64,000 bases of DNA from Bugula neritina (Eukaryota; Animalia; Bryozoa), in NCBI GenBank assembly GCA_964035545.1, contig OZ037771.1, positions 1,561,628 to 1,625,627 of the forward strand. Direction: 5' to 3'. Shown here piece by piece: positions 53,401-64,000 of this stretch. The notes under the pieces were generated by a model that searched no databases, had not been told where the DNA came from, and was given only the letters and a program-made list of their open reading frames with translations. How positions within the stretch are numbered: position 1 is the stretch's first letter; each line of letters starts with the position of its first letter. Position numbers and translations under genes: made by a program.

Positions 53401-55759
53401 ATGGATTCAGGGTCAAGGAGTTTAATGACAGCAGCAGCAGCAACACTACTGTTTATTCCTGTGATGTTTTACATGCTTCAAAGGAAGAGAAAGTCAGCAA
53501 TGAAGGCCGTAGCAAAAGTTGAGAAGATTCTGGTGTATCCCATTAAATCTTGTCCTCCATTGGTAGTTGATCAAGCTGAGTGTACACCAATAGGAATGAA
53601 GTACCGCAAGGCTCGCGACCGGTAAGTTCTGATTCTTTATGGGGGAGGAATTCGGGAGAGAGCAATGTATGCATAGATTCACTTCGAGTAAAGCTATAGG
53701 ATGGTGAGAGAATTAAAACTAAATTTTAAAGCAAAACACATTGTCAACTATATAGCTTTGTCTATTTTACAATAGAATGCTCGAACATGATCTCCTAAGT
53801 GTATGCCTCAGGCTTTAAAAGATGTTAGAGCATGGTCTACCAACTTCCAGGCAGTTCATGCTGGTGAAGAAGGGAAGTTATGAAAGAATGGGACTTAAAA
53901 ACAACATCTCTCTGAATAATATCTCACTGACGTATGATGAGAAGACAGATTGTTTGAATTTAAAAGCTACCGGAATGGCAACTACGTTAACTGTACCACT
54001 GGGCTTTCCCAACTATGATCCTAGCCAGGTTAAAGCTGTTATGTAAGACATACTCAATATCACGGCTACTCATACAAAGAGATAAGGTACATTGTAAACA
54101 ATCAATCCTGCATCTCATGCTAAGCTGTTAAGGTGAATGGAATTTATACATAAATTCAAAGTTTTTTTATCCGTTGTGAAGAGGAAATATCTTGTATAAA
54201 AGCAATACCTTTTCCATATTTATTTAAGTAATGCAAGTATTTTAGAAAAATTAATGTGCATTACAATATATAACTTGCCTATATTGTTTTTTTTAGCTCA
54301 TTATCTGTAAACAATTCTAAAGCTGATGTTGGAAAATTGTTTAATAATGAAATACAAATAGATATCAGATAGTACACTGGAAGTATTGCAAAAGAATACT
54401 TCTTCTCTTTTAACCTTTCCTTGGCTGAATCTTCCTCCACATGGAGCAAGTGCTAGCAAGTGCTACATGCTTGTTTACATCTTTTATTCTGGCAGGTGGT
54501 TTGATGGAAAAGGGAAGAAGTTTGTTGAAGCAGGTAAAGATGCCTCGAATTGGTTTTCTAAATATTTGAATAAAGAGGCGCTTTTAGTGACCACCCATCC
54601 TGACCTCATGTCAGAAGTAAATCCTCAGCTAACTTATTCAGAAACCGCAAGAGTTGAGAGACACAAAGGAACAAGAGTAAGATACTGTAGAGCTCCACAT
54701 GGTATCTACTGTATATATTTAGATATTGTGTATTAAAAGAATTTTAACTAATGTATGTATGTATCCCACAACTATGTCTATACTTATCATAGTGCCATGT
54801 TATCATGGGTACAAAAGCACACTTGCCATGACTGGTGATATGTTGTTTAATGTAGTTTTCATACAACAGGTCACATTTGAAGGAACACACCCATATCTTC
54901 TCATCAGCCAAAACTCCATTGACGACCTCAACACTAGAATTTCCGAGCATGTAACCAACGACTCCTTCAGGGGAAATATTGTGCTTTCAGGGAGTGCAGA
55001 ACTGACCCCCCTCCACGCTTATGAAGAGGCAAACAACTTTACTGTTTCCTGTCTTCTAAAGCTGAAATGTTACAAACCTAAATAAACCCATAGTCATGGT
55101 GACAGGTGTTGATAGGTGTCTGTTTGTGTGTCCGCTTGTGCAGTATTTGGGTGAAAATAATTGCACAGTAGGCCTTTAGATATAAACATAGTGTGTATGA
55201 TGATATGAAATGATTGAGGAAAATGGTAACCATATGTATTTGATTAAAGATTGGTTATGTAAGCTGCTACCTAGACATGTTGTGTATGCTATACTTACTT
55301 CCTACAACTACCGGTGAAAGCAAAGTTTTCTTATTTTGTTGCAGGAAAACTGGAAAAGAATAAGAATTGGAGCTGAGGCAATGATGCATATAGAGAAGCC
55401 GTGTTCAAGGTGTCCCACTATCCAAATTGACTTTGAGAAGCTTGAGCTACGAAAGAACAAGGAGCCAACAACCACACTGCTTCGGTGAACCTGATTTAGC
55501 CTAGTTTTGTCGTCATCTTCATGTCAACATCGCTATATATATAATACTGAGATATTTATTGAACTATACATACTGTGTGTTATCTGTATACTACACAAGG
55601 ACACCTCATGTGGCAGAAAACTATATTATTGTCGTATATTTCAGGTACCACCGTGGGACGAGAGGGAAGGATAAATACACTCCTGTCTTTGGAGTTAACT
55701 GCTCTTTGATCCAAGAGGGAGTAGTATCTGTTGGTGATTTAATTTCTGTTACGTACTAA
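53401..55759 (+). CDS. MTARC: mARC/MOSC family paralog B, 335 aa, 6 exons (intron 4 probably GC-AG)
   Basis: Exons 53401-53621, 53851-54042, 54496-54676, 54870-55028, 55345-55484, 55645-55759; total 1008 nt. Intron positions and phases match paralog A. VYPIKSC, DRQFMLV, SIDDLNTRI, FRGNIVL, EENW, KPCSRC, KEPTTTLLRYHRG, PVFGVN, GVVSVGD. Confidence 0.92.
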
Positions 55760-56128
55760 TAATTCGAGGGAATATTCACTGGTAGACATTTGCTCATTAC
55801 CTAGAGAAGCATGTCGTGATTTTGCATATAAAATACAGTCAGCTTATAATAATTAGGAAATCTTTGATGACCAATAGTTACTTGTGTACCTTGAATATTT
55901 GAGGGCATATTGTAAGCTTATTTTGGATGCATTGTAAACCAATGCATGCATACTATAGGTAAAGTAACTCCTACTTAGCCTGTATACTATATATACATTA
56001 TTCTTATTCTTACACATAATTTCCTGAATGTTACATTTATTATAATAACCCTGTAGAATAATCTGACTGCTACTACCAGACTGTGTTTGCGCTGCTAAAG
56101 TTGACAGATGAATAATATTGATGAAAAA

Positions 56129-56142
56129 AATAAAGTTTTATT
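56129..56142. terminator. Back-to-back polyadenylation signals, AATAAA on + at 56129-56134 and on - at 56137-56142, between convergent mARC-B and FAM114A
   Basis: Sequence AAAAAAATAAAGTTTTATTTTT lies between the two stop codons (55759 and 56417). Confidence 0.55.
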
Positions 56143-56416
56143 TTTAATTAAATAATAAGAGCATGAAATGTGTGGCCATACAAATTTGTGATTTAAGTAC
56201 AAGAAATGTACACGAAGCTTAGCTCAGAAATGTTATAACATCTACACATACTGAGTGAGTGTGCTTCAAGAACTCAAAGGCCTGAGGAATTCTCTTTTCA
56301 TAAACGCTGATAACCGCCATTAACCAACAATAAGCAAAACCGCTACCCAGTGAATAAATACATCCAATGATGTCCAGCATATCAAGTGATGTAAGTAAAA
56401 ACAGCTGTAACAAAGA

Positions 56417-59400
56417 CTAGGTGACGGCCATGATACATTTCTTCATAACGGGTAGAAGTAGTTTGAAAGCATCTCTGACGTAGCTGCTGCTGTTGCTGGC
56501 CTCCAGGAAGATGTTAGTAATCATCGGGTTGATAGAGTCCGGGTCTTCGGAGTCGTCTGCTGCTGTGTTGAGGCAATCGTTGTACAGACGTGACTGGATG
56601 GAGATCTCATTGGTGACTAGTCTCAATATACTGCAAATAAATGTTAGACATCAAGTTATCTTCTCAAATATTGCTCAGTATAACTCTTTGATACTGTGAG
56701 GACAGATATGAACGTTGAAGCAATGTTATACACGCATATAAATATATCTATTAAATTGATTGGTATTCTTGCCAGCTTTCTGTTACACTAGTCTTACATA
56801 TAATAAAAAAGAAACATTAAAGAGATGTGATTGGTTGAATCACAGTTTATTGTGATCAAATATTATGGAGGTAAAAACTCTGAAGAAGCTATTCAAAGGT
56901 ATTTATTTGTTCTGCTGGCATGTCTTGGCATACCATAACTCCTGGTGAGAGATGATGAGAGATAACGAGGGAATTGCAGGATTACAAGAGAGATTTGGTG
57001 TATATACTATATAGAGCACGAACCTGATGAAAGAATCGCTAACAGCATCAATGTCTATGCCTGACTCTTGTGCTGAAGGTAATAAAAGAAGTTCACCAGA
57101 TTTATGGCAAAGTTCTATTGTAGCTGAAGAGATCTCAGCAAATGAATTCAAAGCCTCATTGTGAATATCATGACCTTCAATCTGCAATGTGACGCAGTAT
57201 TACTACAATAATATATACAGTATATCTTATAATGTAACACAGTAATACTACAATAATATATACAGTATATCTTATAATGTAACACAGTAATACTACAATA
57301 ATATATACAGTATATCTTATAACGTAAAGCAGTAGTACTACAATAATATATACAGTATATCTTATAATGTAACACAGTAATACTACAATAATATATACAG
57401 TATATCTTATAATGTGACGCAGTATTACTACAATAATATATACAATATATCTTATGACGTAACGCAGTAATACTACAATAATATATACAGTATATCTTAT
57501 GACGTAACGCAGTAATACTACAATAATATATACAGTATATCTTATAATGTAACGCAGTATTACTACAATAATATATACAGTATATCTTATAACGTAACAC
57601 AGTAATACTACAATAATATATACAGTATATCTTATAACGTAAAGCAGTATTACTACAACAATATATACAGTATATCTTATAATGTTATATTATGATCATA
57701 TATTACATCTATATGCTTTTGGAGACCACAAAAATTGGAAGCTTTTTTTACAGATTCTGCAAAATCCCAAGGCTGCCATTGAGTTTGAATACAAGAGTAA
57801 TCCCCAATTTGTGGGAACATTTGGATACATCTACTAGTCAGTCTACCAATATTATCCTAAAACCTGAGACTAGAAATGAGCGCCAGCTCCATGCGACAGC
57901 AAAGCACAGATATAGTCTGTGTTCACTGAACCTAAGGCTACACTAGGTTACGGGTGGCTCAACTCACCCGCTCTCCTGCGTCTTGCCGTTGTTGACAATC
58001 TGTCAACCAATTTCGAGCTTTCTGTTGCGCCTCCGTCAGCCTTGCATGCTTTACTGGCAGCGAAAGTTTTTGAGTGAAATTTTCTATTCCGGCTGGGAAA
58101 TCATGTTCCTCTTCACATTCTGTTACACACATATACGAGATATAGTCTAGTTGTGTTTATGGATATGATACTTTAACATATAGTTATAAAGAGATCAAGT
58201 TAAAGAAAAACATTCTTATACCAAAAAGAAGCAGGCAGAGTCTAGCGGGTCGAGGTATGACAGACACTGTTAGACTGAAGGTCCTCTGTAGGCCATTGAT
58301 GATGTCATAATTACTCTTGAGCTACTCTGAAAGTTCTCAAGCTATGATGGCAAACAGTTTGAGGTGCAACAGGGCGTCCCCTACCTTTTCAATCAAATCG
58401 CAACTATCAACAAACATTTCTTTAGATTTGCCAAGAACCTCTACTGGCAGCAAAGAATTGAAATCCTGATGACCCTAAATCGATTGACAGCATCTCCTCT
58501 ACTAAAGTTACTTGCCACATCACATACCTTCATCTGAGTCGTATATCTGTGAGAATTTTTCAGCCAAAGAGTCGAATGTAGTTTGAAGGTCGTCTCCGGG
58601 GTCACCTTCAAGGTCGTCTGAGTGAGTGAGAGAGTTGACGCAGGTCACTGAGAGAAGCTCCAGAGCCTCTAAACTAGCCAGACCTGAGAAGCAACACACA
58701 GGAAGTACAAAAGAGTGTCTACCGATCAGATGCATAGTTTAGTCCTAATAACCTCACAGCAGCGTACTTTTTATTCTGAATACAACTTTAACTAAAACAT
58801 AATAGGAGTTGCATTCTCAGTCTGAGTCAAGACGTAGATTGCTGGCATAAAATCTCCTCTTAAGAAATAAAGAGTGAGGAGTGAAAATTTCTATTAATAA
58901 TAGTCAATGTTATTTTAATTTTGAAACAGTGAAATTATTTGAACATAATATTATATCATTACTTATGAGTGTGATGGAGAAGTACAAATTTTACCTTCAT
59001 TATTTTTTGTTCAACTACAATTTAATAGAAGAAAAGACAAATCCCAACGAACTTGAACAAAGTTTAATAAAACATGTTGCTTGATTAAGCAACGTTTAAA
59101 CCACGCACGCACGCAGAGCATACCGTGATGTTGGTCAAACAGTGTACTATAAACAACTAGTGGCTGTGCATTGCTCTCTTCAGCTGTTCGCCTTTCACTC
59201 TCTGCTTTAGCTTCTCTTAGCATCTGTGGAGATCAATGAAGATAGTGAGTTTACATCAGAGCTGAATAAATCAGTCATTGCTAATTGATTAAAGCATTTT
59301 GATAGAAATTAACTGCATAAAATTGGGCTATTAAACTATAGCCTTAGTTCTTATAATAAACAATACAGACCTGAGAGAGGTTGGTCTTTTGCCCTTTCAG

Positions 59401-61946
59401 AAATCCCTTAGTTTTGGCAAAACCTGGATCAGACTCTTTAATCTGTTCCATCGTCTTCTTCCCAATCGTCTCCAGCACATCCAGCCCAGAGCCGAGTATA
59501 ACTTTAGTCTACAAGTTAACTGTGTGTATCAGTGGTCTTATACTATGCTAGTTTATCCTTCAACTAGAGATCAGACAAAACATTCTTTATATTTATAGAG
59601 GTTATAAAATATTCATATTGCAGAAAAATCAGCTACATTTAACCTTCAGAGTGTAAAGGTGTTTTATAATGTGAATAGTATACTCTACCTTAGATTGCAG
59701 TTGATCTGTAATGCCTGACACGCCCCAACTGCTAAACCAATCAGAGCTGGCCTCTTTATTTACCTCCTTGCCTACAGTAGAGCAGATAATAATTATAATA
59801 TGATAGCTATATATACATAAGAGTAACTAAACTAACTTGATGTTTATACTATGCCGTTCTAGCAAATTCTACTCACTGAAAACACAATAACTGGTACATG
59901 CCGTGCAGCGAATTGACACATTTGTAAGAATATAAACATAACTATGATAGCTGTAAGTCCAAGCACCATCAATACTAAATAATACAGGCAATAATGAAAC
60001 CACACAGTACAGTTGCACCTACTGGAATCATCCCCTCCTTCATTAGTAGCTCCGTCAGTTGGAGGATCCGGGCTAGAGAGTTGCGCTGCCTGATCTTTCT
60101 GAATAACCTGCTCCCCTTCATCAGGTTCTTTCACAAACTTAGACAGATCTTCATCAAGTTGGTGAGGTGGGGGAGCGCCAACAGACGCCTCGAACGTCTC
60201 TACGACTGTATGCATTCCTTCACTAACTTGACCTAAATAAGAAATTATCGCAGAGTGTGTTGAATCATAACGCTGAAGTGTAGATTTATATTGTTTGACA
60301 ATCTGGTACTTATAGACTGTAGTGTTTACCTGTAAATGTTTGTATGCTGGAAGTAGCTGTGCTAAGTAGGCTTGAACCCCACGACCCCCATGACCCCCAG
60401 CCTGATGACTGCTGCTTCTACAACAGGATATTACATAATTAGAGACACCCAGAATAGAAATATCAATAGTTTAGCATGTCTGCTCACACAGAACTCGTAC
60501 AAAGCAAAAATAATAACAATAAATCCAGTAGGCTAATGATAAAAAGCCTGATGGATTGATTTAAAGGTAAGAAGTATAGTAATTGCACCTTTTAAACTTT
60601 TTAGAAATATAACAGAAAAGGTTAGTTAAAAACAAGTAACATTAAACAACAAAAGTTGTATACCTTATAGTAAAATTACAGTACCTTTTCACCGGCCAAT
60701 GCAAGTTTTTCTAGAATACTCTGTTCCTTGTCATGTTGATGACTAGTTACGTCTGCAGCAGATGAGTTTGCAGCAGACTCGTCTGCAGACGACTCATCAG
60801 CTGATTTAGAGAAGCTCTCTCTTGTTTCATTTGAAGTGACAGCCGAAACTTTGTCTGCCAATTGTCCTTTTTCATCTGACTTATCTGCAGATTGTCCTTT
60901 TTCATCTGACTTATCTGTAGACTTCCTCTGTTCATTTAAGGTTTCGCCAGATTGACCTCCTTCACCTGCAGATTGATTCTCTTCATCAATATTACTTACA
61001 GATTGACTTTCTTCTTCAATATTTTCTGCAGATTGTTCTAAAAGCTTTGCGGCTGCAGCGTCATGTTCCGTGACTTCAACATTAGTATGACTCATCTCAG
61101 AAGTATCATCTGATTGGCCAGTGTTGTGGTCCTGACTCACCACAGCTGGCTCATCTGATTGGCTCTTTGTTTCAGACACTGTGGGTGACTGAGTCATGTT
61201 AACTGAGTCAGCTGCTAGTTGACTGTCACAGCTTTCTGATATAATGATGCCTGCTGCTTCCTTTGAACTTTCAGGTTCTTCCTCTCTTGGTTCTCTAGAC
61301 TCTCCCTTAGAAGTCAATATGCTTACATCCTTTTCTCCTACACCAGGTAACATAGCATCACCTTTTGCAATATCCTCTTTCTCCTCAGTACCACGTTTAC
61401 CCTTTTTTTTGTTTTTCTGTTTCTTAGATTTAGTTTTTGAATCTCCGGCACTTGAACTCTGAGAGCTGTTACCTTTGGATTCACTAATGGCTTCAGCTGA
61501 GGCTACTTTCTTGTCCTTCATCTGTAGAAAAAAATTTATAGTTCAAAATTAGACGTCAATGACATTGGCAGCTTAGTCTTGGGGAAAGAAAACTTATTTC
61601 AAAATAAAAAAATCCAAAATCTAAGAAATATGACACCTATTTTTAAGCGAACCTACTTTGGAGGTCTTCTCTTGAGTTTCAACTTTTTTGTTGACATTTT
61701 TAACATCCTCTTCTACAAAATAGTTAGACTCGGATACAAAAAACCAGTCACAATAAAAAAATATAAATGAAGTTATTAAAAATAAAATCTGTAACAGTAC
61801 TTGTAACAAGTTTCTTTCATATATCTTGAGCTTCAAAGAATGTGTAAAATATTAGTAGAAACAAATCTCTTACTTGGTAGAGTACCTGCAGACACTGCTC
61901 CCTCTCCTTCGTCTGCACTAAGGAAATCTTCATCTGAATCCGACAT
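56417..61946 (-). CDS. FAM114A2: FAM114A family protein (FAM114A2/Noxp20-like), about 750 aa, 12 coding exons
   Basis: Exons 61946-61886, 61712-61657, 61521-60685, 60417-60330, 60232-60023, 59771-59689, 59508-59371, 59223-59124, 58683-58528, 58119-57968, 57181-57024, 56630-56417; total 2253 nt in frame. Family motifs GWGSWGSWGSSLLSTATSS, GLDVLETIGKKTMEQIKESDPGFAKTKGFL, LSQMLREAK, YSTLFDQHHGLASLEALELLS, INPMITNIFLEASNSSSYVRDAFKLLLPV. Confidence 0.93.
57186..57685. repeat. Minisatellite, 45-bp unit, about 11 copies, abutting the FAM114A exon 11 acceptor
   Basis: Unit AATGTAACACAGTAATACTACAATAATATATACAGTATATCTTAT; the array ends 2 nt from the acceptor AG at 57182-57183. Confidence 0.95.
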
Positions 61947-62099
61947 GATGAATGCAGCTAAAATAAAACATTATAAACTAATAAGATGCATGGAAAAACC
62001 TACATAGATTATTTTGGTAGTGAACCAATACCAATAATAATTGCAAATTGACATAAAGTTAAAAGAGAGATTACATAACAATACTTATTGATTTGACAC

Positions 62100-62650
62100 A
62101 TGACTTAGTCACAGACTCATGAGCATATTTATTAATATAAAATAACATATTTTATAATAGTTTAAATTATACTACAGATCAATAATATTAGTAGTAGTAG
62201 TACCATGAATATAAGATTTAGACAAAACTATAATAAATAATTATAATAGCCAAAGAAATCACATCAAATAAATAATATACAAAATGAAAATTTACAATCA
62301 CAATGATCATGATGATGATGACCTGAACTTGAAGCTGATTATGGTGATGATCATGATGATGATAATATTGATTTAATAATTATTACACTCATAATCACAA
62401 TGATAGTGACCATGACTATCAGTATCACCATACAATTTTAATATTACTATGCCTATGGTCTATGAGTATGACTATGACTAGTCACTGAGACCGAGTATGA
62501 CTATGAGTCTATGACTATGACAGTACATGACTATGACTTTGACTATGACTTGAGTATCAGTATGACTGAGTATGAGTATCAGTATGAGTGAATCAGAATG
62601 TTACAGTTTGAGTTAAACTTAATGTTTATGTTAACATTAAGTTTAACTCA
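62100..62650. repeat. Drifting 6-bp-periodic patch D (inferred first intron of FAM114A)
   Basis: ATGAGT ATGACT ATGACT; ATGACT ATGACT TTGACT ATGACT TGAGT ATCAGT ATGACT; runs up to the GAG|gtgagt donor at 62651. Confidence 0.8.
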
Positions 62651-62651
62651 C

Positions 62652-63010
62652 CTCGTAAAAACGAAAATAATATGATAATGTAGGATGATAAAAATTTAAA
62701 ATAAATTAATCTATCATACTTTAAGTTTATAAATATAATATAAATTGTAAATATAAGGTAAATTATAATTACCAGTGTTCACTAGGTTGACTTTCAGTTT
62801 CAGGTAGTTAGATTTTCATACTTGTGCTTTTGTTATGATCCTCCACGTCAAGAGTTCAAATCGTATAGTATAGTCGAGTTTAACTAGCATAAGTCGATCT
62901 TTGACGGCCACTCGTTTGAACACCAGGATTTTAGGCTGCAAAACTCTTGCATTGAAGATAACAACCTTTCCCTGTTTACAAATATACGCATGTGCGCTTT
63001 AATAGCGGAA
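62652..63010. promoter_or_regulatory. Probable bidirectional promoter between FAM114A and the next plus-strand gene
   Basis: CpG-richer core with an NRF1-like ACGCATGTGCGC (about 62986-62997), ETS-like GCGGAAAT, YY1-like AAATGGC, CACGTCA (CRE half-site) and a B-box-like GAGTTCAAATC (about 62852). Confidence 0.55.
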
Positions 63011-63031
63011 ATGGCCTCGAATTACCAAGCG
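63011..63031 (+). CDS. Probable first coding micro-exon (MASNYQA) of an unidentified gene continuing beyond the window
   Basis: GAAATGG start context in the CpG core, followed by GCG|gtatgt donor. Confidence 0.45.
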
Positions 63032-63129
63032 GTATGTTTTTTCCATTCTCAATCTGATGTTGTAAATGATTTTTTCATATAGCCATTACTTTTGTGGAAC
63101 TTTGTACAAAAGGACCTTTTGATTTTCAA

Positions 63130-63725
63130 TAAATCATATTGTTATGACGTTTATGAATTATGAACAAAAATTGTTATATTCACTTTCATTTTGATTTTCG
63201 AGTTAAACTTTACACTTCAAGTTGAAGTTCCATTTTCATTTTGATTTTGACTTGCATTTACTGACTTAGTCTTACAGTTGAGTTACTCGTAAGCTTAGAG
63301 TTAGTCCTACTCTTGCAGTAAGACTCTTAGTCAAAGACCAACAGTAAGTCTTACACTTACAGACTGTAGCACTAATTGTAATACTTAGTCTTGCTGTATT
63401 TTAATGCTTTAAGTTAAACTTAAACTAAAGTTAATTTTTTGTTGAACTAAGCCTAAGGTGAGGGCTAAGACTAAGAGTAAAAATAAAATTGAATGTTTTG
63501 TAAGTCAAATGTATACAAATTTAGTTTTTAACACTAATGCTAATGGTAATACTAATAGTAATACAAATGCTAATACCAATAATAAATCACTAAATGTAAT
63601 ACCATGTTTTTAATTTAATATTATTAATTATTAAATTTAATGTGAACTTGAATCACACTCAGTCTGACAAGTAACAGTTTATTTAGTTTTAACTAAAGCT
63701 AAATGAGTCAATGATTTTATATTAA
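63130..63725. repeat. Drifting 6-bp-periodic patch E (inferred first intron of the plus-strand gene)
   Basis: TTCAAG TTGAAG TTCCAT TTTCAT TTTGAT TTTGAC; CTAATG CTAATG GTAATA CTAATA GTAATA CAAATG CTAATA CCAATA. Confidence 0.78.
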
Positions 63726-64000
63726 TATTTTACAAGGTTTATTATTTATTTTTCAATTTAGCTTACTGTGGTCAGGATCCATATAAACATTTGTATTAAT
63801 CATTGTATACATTTAACTTTCAGCTTCAAACGTTATACAATGGCATTTTTATTGGAAAAAATACAAAAAAATGCTGCATTGTTTAATTTGTCACATTTGC
63901 TTTGTTCTGCATTTCAATACTGGTAAAAATTTGGAGCAAGTTACTTAATTTATTGATTTGATATTTTAAAGCTGTTGAAGCAGAATCTTCTGTATGCAAT

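Noticed and set aside
57148-57600. Cys/Tyr-rich 150-aa ORF
   Set aside because: Translation of the intronic 45-bp minisatellite, out of frame with FAM114A exon 11.
62780-62870. tRNA gene suggested by the B-box-like GAGTTCAAATC
   Set aside because: No cloverleaf or convincing A box; at most an isolated TFIIIC site.

Overview
AT-rich, intron-rich animal genomic DNA, invertebrate-like; the species cannot be determined from the sequence. Contents from left to right: (1) part of a large minus-strand gene encoding a Ser/Pro-rich, apparently disordered region with Tyr motifs. It runs off the left edge, and its introns hold a tRNA-Ile(AAT), an 852-bp Harbinger/PIF-type MITE and many minisatellites. 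(2) A 3-exon, 174-aa Gly-rich membrane protein gene (DUF1757-like, minus), head-to-head with (3) an 11-exon DNA polymerase eta gene (POLH, plus, about 836 aa). (4) Two tandem 6-exon mARC/MOSC molybdoenzyme paralogs (plus). (5) A 12-exon FAM114A-family gene (minus), head-to-head with (6) the probable first exon of another plus-strand gene. The most unusual signal is a set of 0.4-0.8 kb patches of drifting 6-bp-periodic sequence in the inferred first introns on both sides of two bidirectional promoters. Also notable: a 49-copy tandem amplification of a POLH splice donor, other minisatellites anchored at splice sites, both mARC paralogs lacking the conserved active-site Asp, and a Pol eta with an apparently decayed UBZ. 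All exon models were assembled by eye from GT/AG sites and reading-frame phase, and homology calls are from recall rather than database searches.
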